Part shown: one piece after another, positions 27,101-38,696 of the stretch | Position numbering within the stretch: position 1 is the stretch's first letter | Layout: each line of letters begins with the position of its first letter | NCBI GenBank assembly: GCA_905178155.1 | Contig: CAJINV010000003.1 | Coordinates: 3,901,600 to 3,965,599, forward strand | DNA length: 64,000 bases | Direction: 5' to 3' | Origin: Amoebophrya sp. A120 | Lineage: Eukaryota > Protista > Dinoflagellata | Program-made: the position numbers and the translations under genes | Notes under the pieces: generated by a model | Seen by the model: the letters and a program-made list of their open reading frames with translations, nothing else | What the model was told of the DNA's origin: nothing | Database searches by the model: none

Positions 27101-28091
27101 TTACTAGCCAGTCGCTGTTAGACTTAGACAACACTACGGCACCTCTGCTGGCAGATATTACGTCAATTTCCCAGCAGCCGTGGGGCGGTTCGCCGGGCGC
27201 TAGCGGAGTAGAGAAGCAAGCTGCAGCTTCCAACATGTTGGCCAAGAGTAGCATGCCTTCTACCCAGGACGTGGTCGTGTTAACCGAGCCGACCGCGCCC
27301 GCTCCTTATATGGATTGTAAAAATGTCTGGGTCTGGAAGGTTGCACCTTGTGATGCTATGTTTCGACTCTAAAAAGATTTGTATTGCATGACCAGCAAGA
27401 GGAGTCCAGTTTTTGCTACGTCGGGAGGGCATTTGTCATGCGGAATAGGCATCAGGAGGCCTTCTAAAAATCTGTGATGCTAGGTCCCGCATTCCAGACC
27501 TCATGGGTCATGGGAAACCTGCATGACAAACATGCACTTTTCCAGACCCAGACATTTTTACATTTGATACCTTACGCTGTGCACCCACGTCGCGCCGCAC
27601 CTGGACGTCAGGCCACGTTTCTCTGCGATGCCCCCTATCCTGTGTAAAAACGTACCCACAGCCACACCAGAGTTGTAATGCAAATCTGCATGCTGAAAAT
27701 GTTTCTCATGCGGAGCCCCATGAGAAGCGTTTTCTAGTCGTGTTTTGCAATTTGTCATGCTCCAATCAGCATGGTGTGCTAGATCTGTGATGCTGCTGAG
27801 CTAGCTCAAACAGCACTACACTACGAATCCAAATTTGTCATGCAAAACAGCCAAAACTTGTGGATTTGTCTAGCCGATTCCCCATCTTGACTATGGTGTG
27901 GGTACGTTTTTACTCAGGATACCCCCTACGGAGGCTTCAGTGCTTTTCACAACCTAAAGCTACTTTTTGGCCCAAGCTACTGGGCGTGGTTGCTGCCTGT
28001 GGAACCCTATAACGGGGACATTGCGCCCTCTGCAGGAACCTACTTTCCTGTACATCCGTCGAAGGTGCAAAAACGTATTCGCGCTGAATAA
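24157..28091 (+). CDS. DHHC-type (DHYC) protein S-acyltransferase with a long N-terminal extension
   Basis: KPDRAHYC..NVLRMDHYCGFLNNTIGIRNHKLFMLFL and NQTTIE. After two excisions the C-terminal PaCCT-like motif PYGGFSAFHNLKLLFGPSYWAWLLP..FP appears, with stop at 28089-28091. GT-AG intron at about 25999-26218. Start uncertain. Confidence 0.9.
27309..27569. mobile_element. TIR introner-like element, family A (261 bp), DR CCTTA
   Basis: Left TATGGATTGTAAAAATGTCTGGGTCTGGAA; right TTCCAGACCCAGACATTTTTACATTTGATA. CCTTA at 27304-27308 and 27570-27574. Similar to 8784-9045 along its length. Confidence 0.95.
27636..27921. mobile_element. TIR introner-like element, family B (286 bp), DR CCCCC
   Basis: Left TATCCTGTGTAAAAACGTACCCACA; right reverse complement TATCCTGAGTAAAAACGTACCCACA. 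CCCCC at 27631-27635 and 27922-27926. Confidence 0.93.
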
Positions 28092-29169
28092 CGCACGAAG
28101 TATCTGTAGCAGCTACGTGGTTCTCGTTCTCGCCGTTGGTTTTTTATTCAAACGCATACCACAGAAACAGATGAAGATCGTTGTCATACATACGCATACT
28201 ATACAGACATCATACCCACAGCCACAGGCACAACTGCACAGAGACATTATTCAGGCATCGTCGCGCTTTTCTGTTGATCAGGAGAACCTTTTCTCAGCCA
28301 CTGTCAATGTTACAACGCCATTCATATTCTTGCCCCACTCTCAGCGAGTAGCAGTAGAGCGACCTGCTGTAATTTTCAAGTTTCCACTTTCTCTCTCGAG
28401 TGGAGCTCTTTATTCCTACCTTTCAACGTGAACAAAGCTGCCCCAACGCGGAATGGTGAATGTCGATATGTACGATGTTGAAATAAATGTTGAGTCTGGG
28501 AGGTACCACGACGCAGTTTCGATCGAAGCACGCAAAGCGTGGGGAGCAATGGAAATACCATGCATTCCACGTCACGTATTAATTGTTCAACTGTTGTGCG
28601 ATTTTGATGAAGATCAGAGCGTTTTCTAAAAGAAATTTTTCTGTAATTTACGCGTGCGTGAGCGCGCCGCAGCGGGTGTATTCATATCTTCTTTCTTCCG
28701 AACACACGATCACGAAGATGTTGCTGGTGGGCGTCATCAACAAGTGCAACTCAAGATCTAGCAGGCGACAAAAAAGATCCTCTGATTCTGCCAGGTCCTC
28801 ATGATTGTGGTCACGCGTGTCGCTGTCGCCGAGTCTTCAACTGTTAGATCTGCTGAGACTAAGTAGTTCTGCAGATGATGATGAGGATCTGGATCTGTGG
28901 TCCGCGATAGGGATGTGACTCGCTCGTGTCGTCGTACAGGAAAAGTTCTACGAAGTAGCCAATAATGCAAATTCCAACCGAACACCAACAGTCCCAATGT
29001 GATAGTAGTGTTGAGAAATAATTAGTTGGTTTATGGGAGATAATTTTTCGATAACATAGGAATAGCGCCGTTGCTGGCGCGAGAAGCGCCCCGCAACGGT
29101 CGCCGCATGGAGATACAAAACGTGAGGCCATCATCTACTTTAAGTGAAGCGTTAATTATGGTTGGAAGC

Positions 29170-29312
29170 GGAGTCACGTTTTCAAGTTGGAATCACGTTT
29201 GTGGAGTCACGTTTAGAGCTGAATCAAGTTGATGGAATCAGGTCAGCAGTGTTTGGGCTTGGGGCTTAGGGTCTAGGGTCAGCAGTGTTAGGGTCTAGGG
29301 TTTGGGGTTTCT
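29170..29312. repeat. GGARTCACGTTT x3 (plus 2 degenerate copies), followed by a degenerate telomere-like G-rich tract
   Basis: Copies at 29170, 29189 and 29203. Then tttgggc/ttggggc/ttagggt/ctagggt units with a duplicated ggtcagcagtgtt, about 130-270 bp upstream of the TatD ATG. Confidence 0.65.
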
Positions 29313-29437
29313 GGTCGTCGGCCAGGGCAGCCGCCGCCGGCCCAAGAAACACCAAAAAGAAACTCCAGGCGAAGCAGAAGTCGCGACAATTGAGAAACTG
29401 AATGAATTTTGCGCACTAGCACTAGGAGCAACCGGCC

Positions 29438-32400
29438 ATGGAGAGGGACATCGGGCAGGATAGGGATGGCGATAGGCCGTCGCGTCCCCGGCGACACTCG
29501 TTGACGCACGACGGAACAAGCGAGCGACTTTTGGATACCAACAGCACCAATCCAGTGGTGGTGCCCAAGTCTGTCGCCGCGGCTATGCCGGCAGCTTCCT
29601 CGAGTGAACTACATCAGAGCCCCACTCCGTTTGTCGACACGCACTGCCACGTCGAGCTGATTGCCGCGTGCGCGGAGCGCGAGAAGCGGCTGGACGGGCT
29701 CCTGCCCTGGGACGAGCTACCGATCGAGCGGATGGGGATGTGGCGCAGTCACGGGTGGACCCGGGAGAAGTTTCAGCGCACGATCGAGGGAAAAAAAATC
29801 TACGGCCCCTACAGGAACCCGCATTTTCCCGCGTTTTACAAGCCCTGGCGTGCCTTGACGAAAGACCAGCAGCTGGCCGCGCGGTTTCTGGGATGGGACG
29901 GCGCGCACTACAAAGGTTCCCCCGACAACTGGACGTTCAAGGATGAGTACGACGAGATGTATTCCACCTCAAAGGGCGGCCAGGGCCACCCCCACCAAGT
30001 CACTGTGAAGTGGGCGGACTTCAATAAGTACCACGACGGGTGGTATTCCAAGCTCTCCGGGAAAGAGCGCGTTGCCTTCGCGATGCTGGGCATAAAAGAC
30101 GCCTGGACCTTCTGCAACTTCGTCTGCGAGCCGTGGGAGGTGAGCCGCAACCTCTGGATGCGGCGCCAGGCGGTCTTGCACGACGTCGCGTACTACTACC
30201 CCGACGGTCACGAGTGGCATCAGAAGAAGGAAATTGAGGCAAAAAAAGAAATTGTACCTCCCACAAGAATTACTTCCCAGCCCGGGAGTCGTGGGCAGCT
30301 AGGCCAGACATCAGTGGAAGATGTTGCAGGAGAAGCTCGTCTCAACACCGAACAAGTAGGGGACCACAATGGAAATGTTGAGTCGGACGTTGACAGCGAG
30401 GTGGACCAATTGATGTTGCGCTCGCCGAAGAGAGAGTCCTGCAAGCGGTTTTTCAAGCGGGAGAGCCACCCAGAGGAAACCAGTGTGTTGGTCCGGGCAC
30501 TGCGGATTCCCTACGGTTGTTGTTCGCGAGGCTCGCCGTGGAGTAAAAACGAGTGGCGGAAGTGGAAACAAGAGCAGGAGAAACGCGGGGAGACCACCAT
30601 GTACTCGGAAAACGAGTGGGATAAGTTCTTCAACGAGTTGCCAGAAGGTGGTGGTGGTCGTTCTACAGCTGCGGCTTCATCTTCCGGTACAGGTGGTCGT
30701 GGCCATCTTCCGAGGGACACCGGTTCGTCGAGTTCTTCTATGACGACCAGTTTGTCACAATCATCATCATCCCAAACAGCCACAGGCACAGTACCTAGTA
30801 CCTCGGCTCGACGTGAGTTTTCGTCTTCGCCAACCACGACAAGCCCGTCGACCTGCAGTACCGAATCCCCGCAATCGTCGTGCGTTGCCACAACTTCTTC
30901 CGTAACGACGGACGACGACAGTTTATTTCTGGGGCCTACCAGTGACGAAGCAAACCTGCCGCGGCAAGAAGCAGCATGCGACCTGATGTCTTTTCTGAGG
31001 GAACGCATCCCGGAGAAGAGTCCTGAAAATAACGACACTGAGAATGCGAGTGCAGCAGCTGCGCCTGAAGATGTTGAGAAAGTGGCGATAGACGATGAAA
31101 TTAACTGGCAGTGCAGCGGAGTTACCGCTGGTGGACAGACGGTCATCGTCCGGCGAGAAGACATGCAGAACGGCAGCCGCGACCCAACGAGGTCCTACCA
31201 ATGGTTCGAAGTAAAGGCGCTCCGTCTGTGGGTGTTCTGCGAGGTCGTCGATGACCGGTATGGACCATTTCCGAACCACATACAATCGTTTCGCGACACG
31301 GACCAGACGAGGGAAAAGCGCGACAAGCCCCTTCATCCCGGGGGCACTTCCAGTGACCAAAGCGAACAAAAATCTACTTCTTGGCAGAGTAGAACTAAAA
31401 GGTCTACTGGCACGACGGATAAAGTAAAGTGCCACGCTTGGAATGACTTTTACAACGGCTACGAAGTTATCCAGAACTGCCCTGCGCTGTTGCGGTCTCC
31501 CAAGTTAAAACAGTACTACGACCGGATTGGCCGCTACGAGACGCTTCGGCACGAGGCGAAGAGCTCGGTGCACGACTATTCGGTGCGGAAAAACTTCTAC
31601 GACCCGGGCAAGAACGAGTTGCCGTGGCTGGACTGGTATGTCGAGCGGGGGCAGTGCAACGTCTCGGGACACGAGATGGAGCTGGTCTCCCGGCTCGGAA
31701 TCGTGTACAACTGCATCACGCAGTTCTGGCACGTACCGCCCGCCTACCGCAACCGCCCGTGGTGGTCCTTGGCACCGTGGGAACGAGAGATTTTTTTCGA
31801 GTTGGGCCTCAAAACCGAACCTGAGTACGACTACTGGCAGCAGTTCGTGGACGTCACCCATACGGACACCTTCCATCCTATGGAAGCGTCAGAATCGAAA
31901 TTCGCAATATCGAAAAACTTGTGATGCACAAAATCGATGCCAGTTGGGGTCTCAGTTTCCAAATGGCGCATGACAAATTGCGGGAGCACCCAAATCCAAT
32001 CTGTCATGCTGTTTGGGCAAAGAAGGCTGCTCCTGTCATGCTACTCTGACAGCACATTGCATAGGCCTAAACAGGCTTGCAATCGGTCTCATATGCCTGC
32101 TCCCCAATACAGGCCTTCAGTGCTCTACATTTTATGCATCACAAACTTTTCGATTTTGTCGATTTCGATCCTGACAGTTCCATACACCCCCGCCGGGCCG
32201 ATTACCACCCGCCAAACTTCGACTTCGCGACGAGAAGAAGCGGAAGTACTAGCGAAGAACTACCGGTAGTGGCGGCAGAAGGTGAACAACGGCCGCGTGG
32301 CGACGTCGATGAAGTACCACGACGGCCACGTGTCAGGGAACCTCCGAACGAGAGGCCACCTCCGCCACGGGAAGTAGCCGACGGTACTACTACGCCCGGA

Positions 32401-35400
32401 CTGCAGCGGCCATCGAACGACCGACACCGAAGAGCATCTCCGGTCGCTATCGAGCAGTACAACTCCCCGGAGGAACGTATTTTCACCGTGGAAGACTTGC
32501 TGATGATTATGCATTGCAAACTCCAACATGTCTGGACCTGGAAGATCGACTCGCGCATTTGCCATGCATCTCTTGGCTCACACTCACACAGAATGAGCAA
32601 AGAACCATATCAACAGATTGTGCAAGAGCGTCTTAAGAATGCCTATTCCACGTAAAGAAAAAGTTCGTCCTTCTCCTTGCTTTGCGTAGCAAGAAATGGC
32701 CGGCTTGTGGCTTTCATGCAATTCAGATGTTTGCACGATCCAGAATGGCTGGCATGTTGACATCAAGTTGCAACGTTCTTCCAGACCCAGACGTATTTGC
32801 GATGCATACGGATGCGCATGATTCAACTGAACGAACTGTTGATTCGACTGCTGCTCCCGACGCCCCCGAGGCCTTCGGAGAGGGTTGAAACCATCTTGCG
32901 GTTTTTCTACGACAACTTTAACTACACCCGAGACCTGGACGAGTTTTTTCCCCTTTACGTCGACGGGGGTATCTATCAACCGGAAAAAAGCTAGCACGCA
33001 ACAATAACGAAAAAGAAGTACTAGATAAATCTGTCTGTGTCTGAACTCCATGATGCTATGGGCAGCTCGCTCGCCGTTGACAGTTTATACTAAAAATTAT
33101 TGTGATGTTTTTGCGTTTACACAGCTTGATAGGTGATATGCTAGGTTTTTTCTGTAGGATGGCCTCGACCGGACCGAGCTCGCGGTGCGGCACGAGCGGG
33201 CGCGCGAGCGGGCGGACGAGGAACAGGACGAGGCCCGAGCGGAGTTTCCCAAGGGACACTACGCGTTAACGCGGGATAAGAACACTGGCAACGTGTATGC
33301 GCACTTTATTCCCCAAAAGAAGCACTACGACGATCGCACGGAGGACATTGCGAGGCAGGCTCGCGGAAAAAGAGGTCCCTCGAGCAAGAAAACTATGCGA
33401 GGATCCCTCGACCAAGATATAATTGAGACAACCGAGAAACAACAAGCTAACGCGCTCGCTCTATCTCCAACAAGGGAGCGGCAGCAGGAGCAGGAGGGGC
33501 ATCGCTTGGCGACAGCGAGCTGCTTCTCCAATCTGGAATTTTGGATCTCCACCGACGATGTGAGGTCCTGGATGTGGCGCTATCTCAGCGAAAAAATTTT
33601 GGGCTGCAAGCGACGCGCAAATCGGAAAACTATAACGGAGAGTGCGAATAAGGATAATACGTCTACTCCGAGTGCAGCAGCAGCAGTCAAGAGTTTGCAA
33701 GACCTGTACAAGCTTCGGCACGAGATAGACCTTCTTGGATTGTCGGGGGGTGAAGCAGGTACCCTTCTTGTAGTGGAAAATCTTTTTGTACCGTTCAATA
33801 ACAGAAAGAATAAAACGGACCGTTTGTTTCTTTCACAGTTTCTGTCCCCATCCAAAAAGAATACAGGTAGTTCAGGACTTTTTCTTTTGATTTTACATGA
33901 TAGGTGTATTGGGTCAGGGCGGGATCGGGAAGAAACCGAAGTCCAGCTCCGACGTCGACACGCCTCCAGTTTTACCCCTGCGCTCAACATTCACTGCCCC
34001 GACCTATTACTGCGACTACCTCGTGACGTCCATTTGTGACGAGCACGCCGTAGAGCCCGTTCTGGATATCCTCGCAACCGGTACCTACGCCGAGCGCGTC
34101 TGCCTCTCCTGCGGGATTCATCCGAAAAGCATCGGGTTCTGGGGTTCGGAGGGAAACTACCGGCAGCACCCGGATTACAAAGACTACATGCGCACCCTGG
34201 AAACCAAAGTTTTACCGCTCTGCGACGTGTCTGAGCACTGCATGAGAACGCTTAAGTGCAGCGTTCCCCGGTTGGACGGTGTTACGTTGCAAGAAAATAA
34301 ACATTTGAGGCTTCAAGAACCTTGTTACGATGCTCCTTCCTTTTCAGGTCCAGCCGCCACCGCCAGCTGTGCGCCGATGAAAGGTGGGCTTGGATACTGT
34401 GCTAAGATTTGTTTTTTCCGGCCGTGGCCGAAATTGAGGTGGATCGGAACCCTGCACGTTTCTGATCTAGAAGTAAGGTAAACGACATGTTAAAACGATT
34501 TTGTTTCGGTTTGAGATACTTTATGATACTGTCACCGGAAGATGATCATGCTTCCTCAAATAAACAAAACACAGGTGCTGGTACTGAAAGAAAACGGCTG
34601 AAGCTGGTGGCTTGGGGGGAGATTGGGCTTGATTTCTCCCATCGTGTTATGCAGACCAAGGTCGGGCCGAACATTCGTGTCGCACAAAAGGCTGCCTTCA
34701 CGGAACAGATTTTGCTCGGTATGTATCGACACAATAGAAAATTTTCCTTTTATACCCGGTCGGTTTTTTAGCTCCAGTGTCACCAGATAAATGTTTTGCG
34801 ACGTCCTTTCCTTCGTCGTTAAATAAAGGCCGGCAGCGAGAAGTCGGAAATCGTCGCTCAGTTGTTTAGATTTGCCTTCCTCCACTTCGACATTTTCTCC
34901 CAGGTGTGCACAAGTACCGGCTTCCCCTGCAGATTCACAGCCGGTCGGCGGAACCCGATACGGTTGAGATAATGTATGGCGCTTCAAACGTTACATTCTC
35001 AACTGTTACATGAATTTGTGATGCAAGAACAGCAACACTGAAAGGGGCAAGCTTGCACCTTTCGCATTACAAATTCGGCACAGATTTCAATGCTGTTTAG
35101 CCCTTCGAGAATTTGTCGTGCGGAGTAGCTTGGTTGTGGTGTGGCTGATGGCAATTTTGCATGACAAATCACGTAACAGTTGAGAGTGTAACGTTTGAGA
35201 ACTCCATATAATGTTGCGGTACGTGCCCCGCGACTGGCCGGTGCACATCCATGGGTGTTTCAACATATGACAGTGCACAACTCCCCCTCCCCCTCATTTG
35301 TCATGCAAAATACCCAGTCCACGTCGCGTCCACCCTTTGCCTCTTGGCACTGTTTGCATGACAGGTTCTGGTAGCCCGAATAGCACTACACTCCAGTGCA

Positions 35401-36135
35401 AATTTGTCATGTAAAACTTGCATTCTTTCTGACGCTTGTATTGCCGTGTATGCTATACAAATGAGGGGGAGGGGGAGTTGTGCGCTTTCATACAACAACG
35501 ACGACTTTCTGAAGAAGCTTCTCCGCACCTTCTCGCGATGCTACATTGGCGTCACCTGTGCGCTGGAGAACCCGAACGCGATGCTCTACTACACGAATGA
35601 CCCGAAGTTGAAATACGTCGACGACGACGTGACCGAATCGGCGGAGAATACTAGCGATGATTTTTGTTGTGAGCCAGTGATGGTACTTCCCAGTCCTTTT
35701 GCGAAAAAAGGCATTTTTTCTCGCGGCGGAACCGGAAGTGGTGGAATAAGTATCGAACAAGAGGAAGTCTCTGGAAACAAACGCTTGCTGCGGGGGGAAC
35801 ACGAAGACAAGAGTGCTGTTACCGGCACTTCTAATAGTACCCAACAGTTATCCCAAGCAAGAGCAGAACCCCCCACGCCGGAGAAAATAAAAAAGAATGT
35901 GCATGTATTCGAAACTCCGCTGATGCGACAGGTGCGGACCATCATTCCGCTAAGCCGGTTACTGGTGGAGACAGATGGCCCATACCTCTGCCCCGGAGAG
36001 GACTGGACGACAAATTTCAGTTACCCCGCACTTCTTCCGCGCGTAATACAGACGGTTGCGCGGCTGAAAGAGCGCCCAGAAGGTGAGGTCGCGAAAATAC
36101 TCCGGAAAAATTCTTTCGATGTGTACGGTATCTAA
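29438..36135 (+). CDS. TatD-family metal-dependent DNase with a very large insertion; five TIR elements plus other introns
   Basis: FVDTHCH, VAWGEIGLDF, QKAAFTEQI, LPLQIHSR, PRDWPVHIHGCF, YIGVT, PLSRLLVETDGPYL. The frame is restored at each TIR excision. One intron near 34230-34530 is unresolved. Confidence 0.88.
31879..32184. mobile_element. TIR introner-like element, family D (306 bp), DR CATCC/CACCC
   Basis: Imperfect TIR of about 50 bp: TATGGAAGCGTCAGAATCGAAAT..TTGTGATGCA versus reverse complement TATGGAACTGTCAGGATCGAAAT..TTGTGATGCA. The join gives TFHP|RRADY. Confidence 0.9.
32508..32808. mobile_element. Degenerate family A element (301 bp), DR ATGAT/CGGAT
   Basis: Left TATGCATTGCAAA..ATGTCTGGACCTGGAAGA; right TCTTCCAGACCCAGACGTATTTGCGATGCATA. 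Excision with 5 flanking nt joins ORFs 32077 and 32797 in frame. Confidence 0.85.
32974..33161. mobile_element. Degenerate TIR element (188 bp), DR GTATC/GCCTC
   Basis: Left TATCAACCGGAAAAAAGCTAGCA; right reverse complement CATCCTACAGAAAAAACCTAGCA. Excision with 5 nt joins ORFs 32797 and 33185 (GGI|DRTELAV). The nearby GT(32969)-AG(33157) pair would frameshift. Confidence 0.7.
34975..35208. mobile_element. TIR introner-like element, family E (234 bp), DR TAATG
   Basis: Left TATGGCGCTTCAAACGTTACATTCTCAACTGTTAC; right reverse complement TATGGAGTTCTCAAACGTTACACTCTCAACTGTTAC. TAATG at 34970-34974 and 35209-35213. Confidence 0.92.
35266..35492. mobile_element. TIR introner-like element, family F (227 bp), DR CAACA
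   Basis: Left TATGACAGTGCACAACTCCCCCTCCCCCTCATTTGT; right reverse complement TATGAAAGCGCACAACTCCCCCTCCCCCTCATTTGT. CAACA at 35261-35265 and 35493-35497. Confidence 0.93.
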
Positions 36136-37106
36136 AGAACAGAACTAAAATTTACCACGAAGATGAAAAATAGTGCTACATCGTTCTGCGCAGTAGATCA
36201 ACCTCCAAAACGCCACATAATTTCTACTTTTGGGTGGAAAAGTATTTTTACAAGAAAAGACTCTGCGTCTTTATGGATTACATTTGCTGCGACTTATGTT
36301 ATCGTCTGCATATAAATATTATCGTCTGCATTCTTTGATTTCTGCATGTGCATACCCTGGCTTTGAATGTTTCATCCCCTTTCTAGCCTTTATGGTTCAA
36401 CTTCAAGATTACGATGACTGCCACACTTTCGGGGAGTCGCGCTTTTCATGGCATTCATCGAGTCTTGGAAGCGCAACACAAAGTTGAACATTTTTTACAG
36501 AAAGTGCGAAGAAGTGCTCATCTGCTCGGCGATTGTCCACACAGTTTAATAATGACATGGCGCATAGTTTCCTGTTTGTGCAACAAGCACGGCCGTTGTG
36601 CTCAGTAGCGAGATAAATGTTTGTTCGACATGAAAATACCCCCTGGCACCTTCGTTTTGTTTCTTTTTGTACATGATTGCGTATGCGTTGTTCGTTTTTT
36701 CTTCGTGCGCATATAATCCTATCGTGCTCGTCATAATCGTCTTTGTCTCCGGCGATCATCGTTGTCGTGCCAGATGGCCAAAAAAGGCTCAGAAGTATTT
36801 TTTTTTCTGGTCGTTCGCGTGCTGTCACGGTCTGTAAAAGGAGGCGAAAAAAAGGCGATGAGTATTTTCGCCATCTTGTTTTTTAATGATTCTGATGCAA
36901 AGCCTCGAATAACGTCATTTCCAACAAAGTACGCAGTTACAAAATCCCAACCCACACCCAATTACACGCCTACCCACTTGTACATTATCGCTACACACTT
37001 TCGTGACCGTGTCGGTGACTCTACACCTTAAGAAGAAAGACGAACTTTTCAACCGAATCGGTCCCTGCAAACGAACCCATCCTATTTCTACACCGTTTGA
37101 TGCAAA

Positions 37107-38696
37107 ATGCCACCGAAGAACAAGGTAAGCACAACCACCAACTCCAAAAAGCAAGGCGGGAAGGCAGTTGCGGTTCCCGTCGCAGGGGAGCAAGGTCCGG
37201 CTTTTCGCAGCTTTCATTGGCGCAGTCACCGGATTGAGTTTTTCGTCTACAGCAAAGGAGGTCCACGAGCGAGCGTCAATACGACGGTATGCGCGCACGT
37301 GACGGAAAAAGGTACAACTGGAGCCAGCAAAAGTACCGGTATTAACAAGCGTGCCGCAGCAGCGAAGGCGACCCCCAACAAAGCTGACGTGATCCATGCA
37401 AAAGAGGAGAAAGAACTCAAGCGCCAGGTCGAGAAGCGGCTCGGACAACCGCCCGGCAGTCTCGACGACTATCTGAATGAGCTCGGAATATGGCGCAGTT
37501 CAGATGTGCCTGTGCCGGCCGGTGGTGGAACAACGACCAGCAGCAAGCCGTCGCCGTCGCTGGCACCTGCGAATAATTACGCCTTTGCTGAAAGCGCAAC
37601 CGGCTACGTGGGTACGAAAGAAGGGGAGCAAAACGAAATACGGAACACATTGCCAAAGCCCTCGCCGACTCGCGTGTTTTCTACTTCGCAGAGATCTTCA
37701 GACCTGACACCGCACGACCAGAGGGAAGATTCGTTCCTCTTCAAGAGTTCACTTTCGTTTGGGACTAGCGCAGCATCCAGCGCCGGGAGCTTTGGCTCCT
37801 CTGTGTTCGGAGCTCCCGGGGTCTCGTCCGGCCGCGGAGCAACAGTTTTTGGAGGTAGTACTACTAGTACAACCGCAGGCGGATCTACTACTACTTCAAG
37901 TGGTATCTTCCCAAAAAATACAATTCCGCAGCCAATACAGCACAACTCGGTATTTTTCGGCGCGGCGCCGTGCGGTGCCTCCAGTAGCAGTAGTAGTAGT
38001 GCATCACTCGCCGGCGGGAACATTTTCCTGGGATCAACTTCTGGACAAACACTTCTACCCGGTGGTGGTAAAGGTGGGAAGCCATACGCTGCCGGGGCTT
38101 CCGCTAGTCGAAGTACCTTCGTTCCTTTTACAAACGCAGGATCTCATCACGAGCCCGTAAACCGGTCACCCCGGCTAAGTCCGGTCGGCGTTGTTCCAGG
38201 TTCTCCTGGTGGAACATCTTTGAAGATGAACAGTGTGCCAGATGTAATCCCGCAACGCACGACGAAATTGAGTCCAGCGAGAAACGTATCAACTTCGAGT
38301 GTTGATGTAAAAACCCCGCCAGCGCCAACATCGTCCTCCAATGTGGGTACGGGAAGCGAGCAGGCGAGTGAGGACGATAATGCACTAAAGGCGAACGGGA
38401 TGACCACCGGGCCACCCACGAAAAGGCAGAAGACGTCGGGTAGAAGTAATTCCCCGTCCTCGCGCGCAGCACTTGCGAACCGCATAGGAGCCGTGCGAAT
38501 AGCCAGCGTCGACGAGGCATTGTCCATTCTTGGCCTCCCGAACATGCCCCGCGAAAAAAGTGCACTCACCACTGCCTGGCGCCGCAAGGCGCGCGAGTGC
38601 CACCCAGACAAGTCCTCGGTCAAAGAAACCGCCTCGGAGCACAACTTTCAGCGCGTGCAGAAGGCGTACTCCTTTCTGGAAAAGCGAGTGAAGTGA
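37107..38696 (+). CDS. Protein with a C-terminal J-domain (DnaJ type III) and Ser/Gly/Thr-rich middle
   Basis: ALSILGL..LTTAWRRKARECHPDK..FQRVQKAYSFL at the C-terminus of a 529-aa ORF. Confidence 0.8.
   Translation: MPPKNKVSTTTNSKKQGGKAVAVPVAGEQGPAFRSFHWRSHRIEFFVYSKGGPRASVNTTVCAHVTEKGTTGASKSTGINKRAAAAKATPNKADVIHAKEEKELKRQVEKRLGQPPGSLDDYLNELGIWRSSDVPVPAGGGTTTSSKPSPSLAPANNYAFAESATGYVGTKEGEQNEIRNTLPKPSPTRVFSTSQRSSDLTPHDQREDSFLFKSSLSFGTSAASSAGSFGSSVFGAPGVSSGRGATVFGGSTTSTTAGGSTTTSSGIFPKNTIPQPIQHNSVFFGAAPCGASSSSSSSASLAGGNIFLGSTSGQTLLPGGGKGGKPYAAGASASRSTFVPFTNAGSHHEPVNRSPRLSPVGVVPGSPGGTSLKMNSVPDVIPQRTTKLSPARNVSTSSVDVKTPPAPTSSSNVGTGSEQASEDDNALKANGMTTGPPTKRQKTSGRSNSPSSRAALANRIGAVRIASVDEALSILGLPNMPREKSALTTAWRRKARECHPDKSSVKETASEHNFQRVQKAYSFLEKRVK

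Noticed and set aside
34232-34533. Possible further element in TatD (ends TGATA, flanks GTGTC/CTGTC, in-frame join CDVS|PEDDH)
   Set aside because: There is no matching left TIR. An intron is needed here, but its boundaries cannot be fixed by eye.
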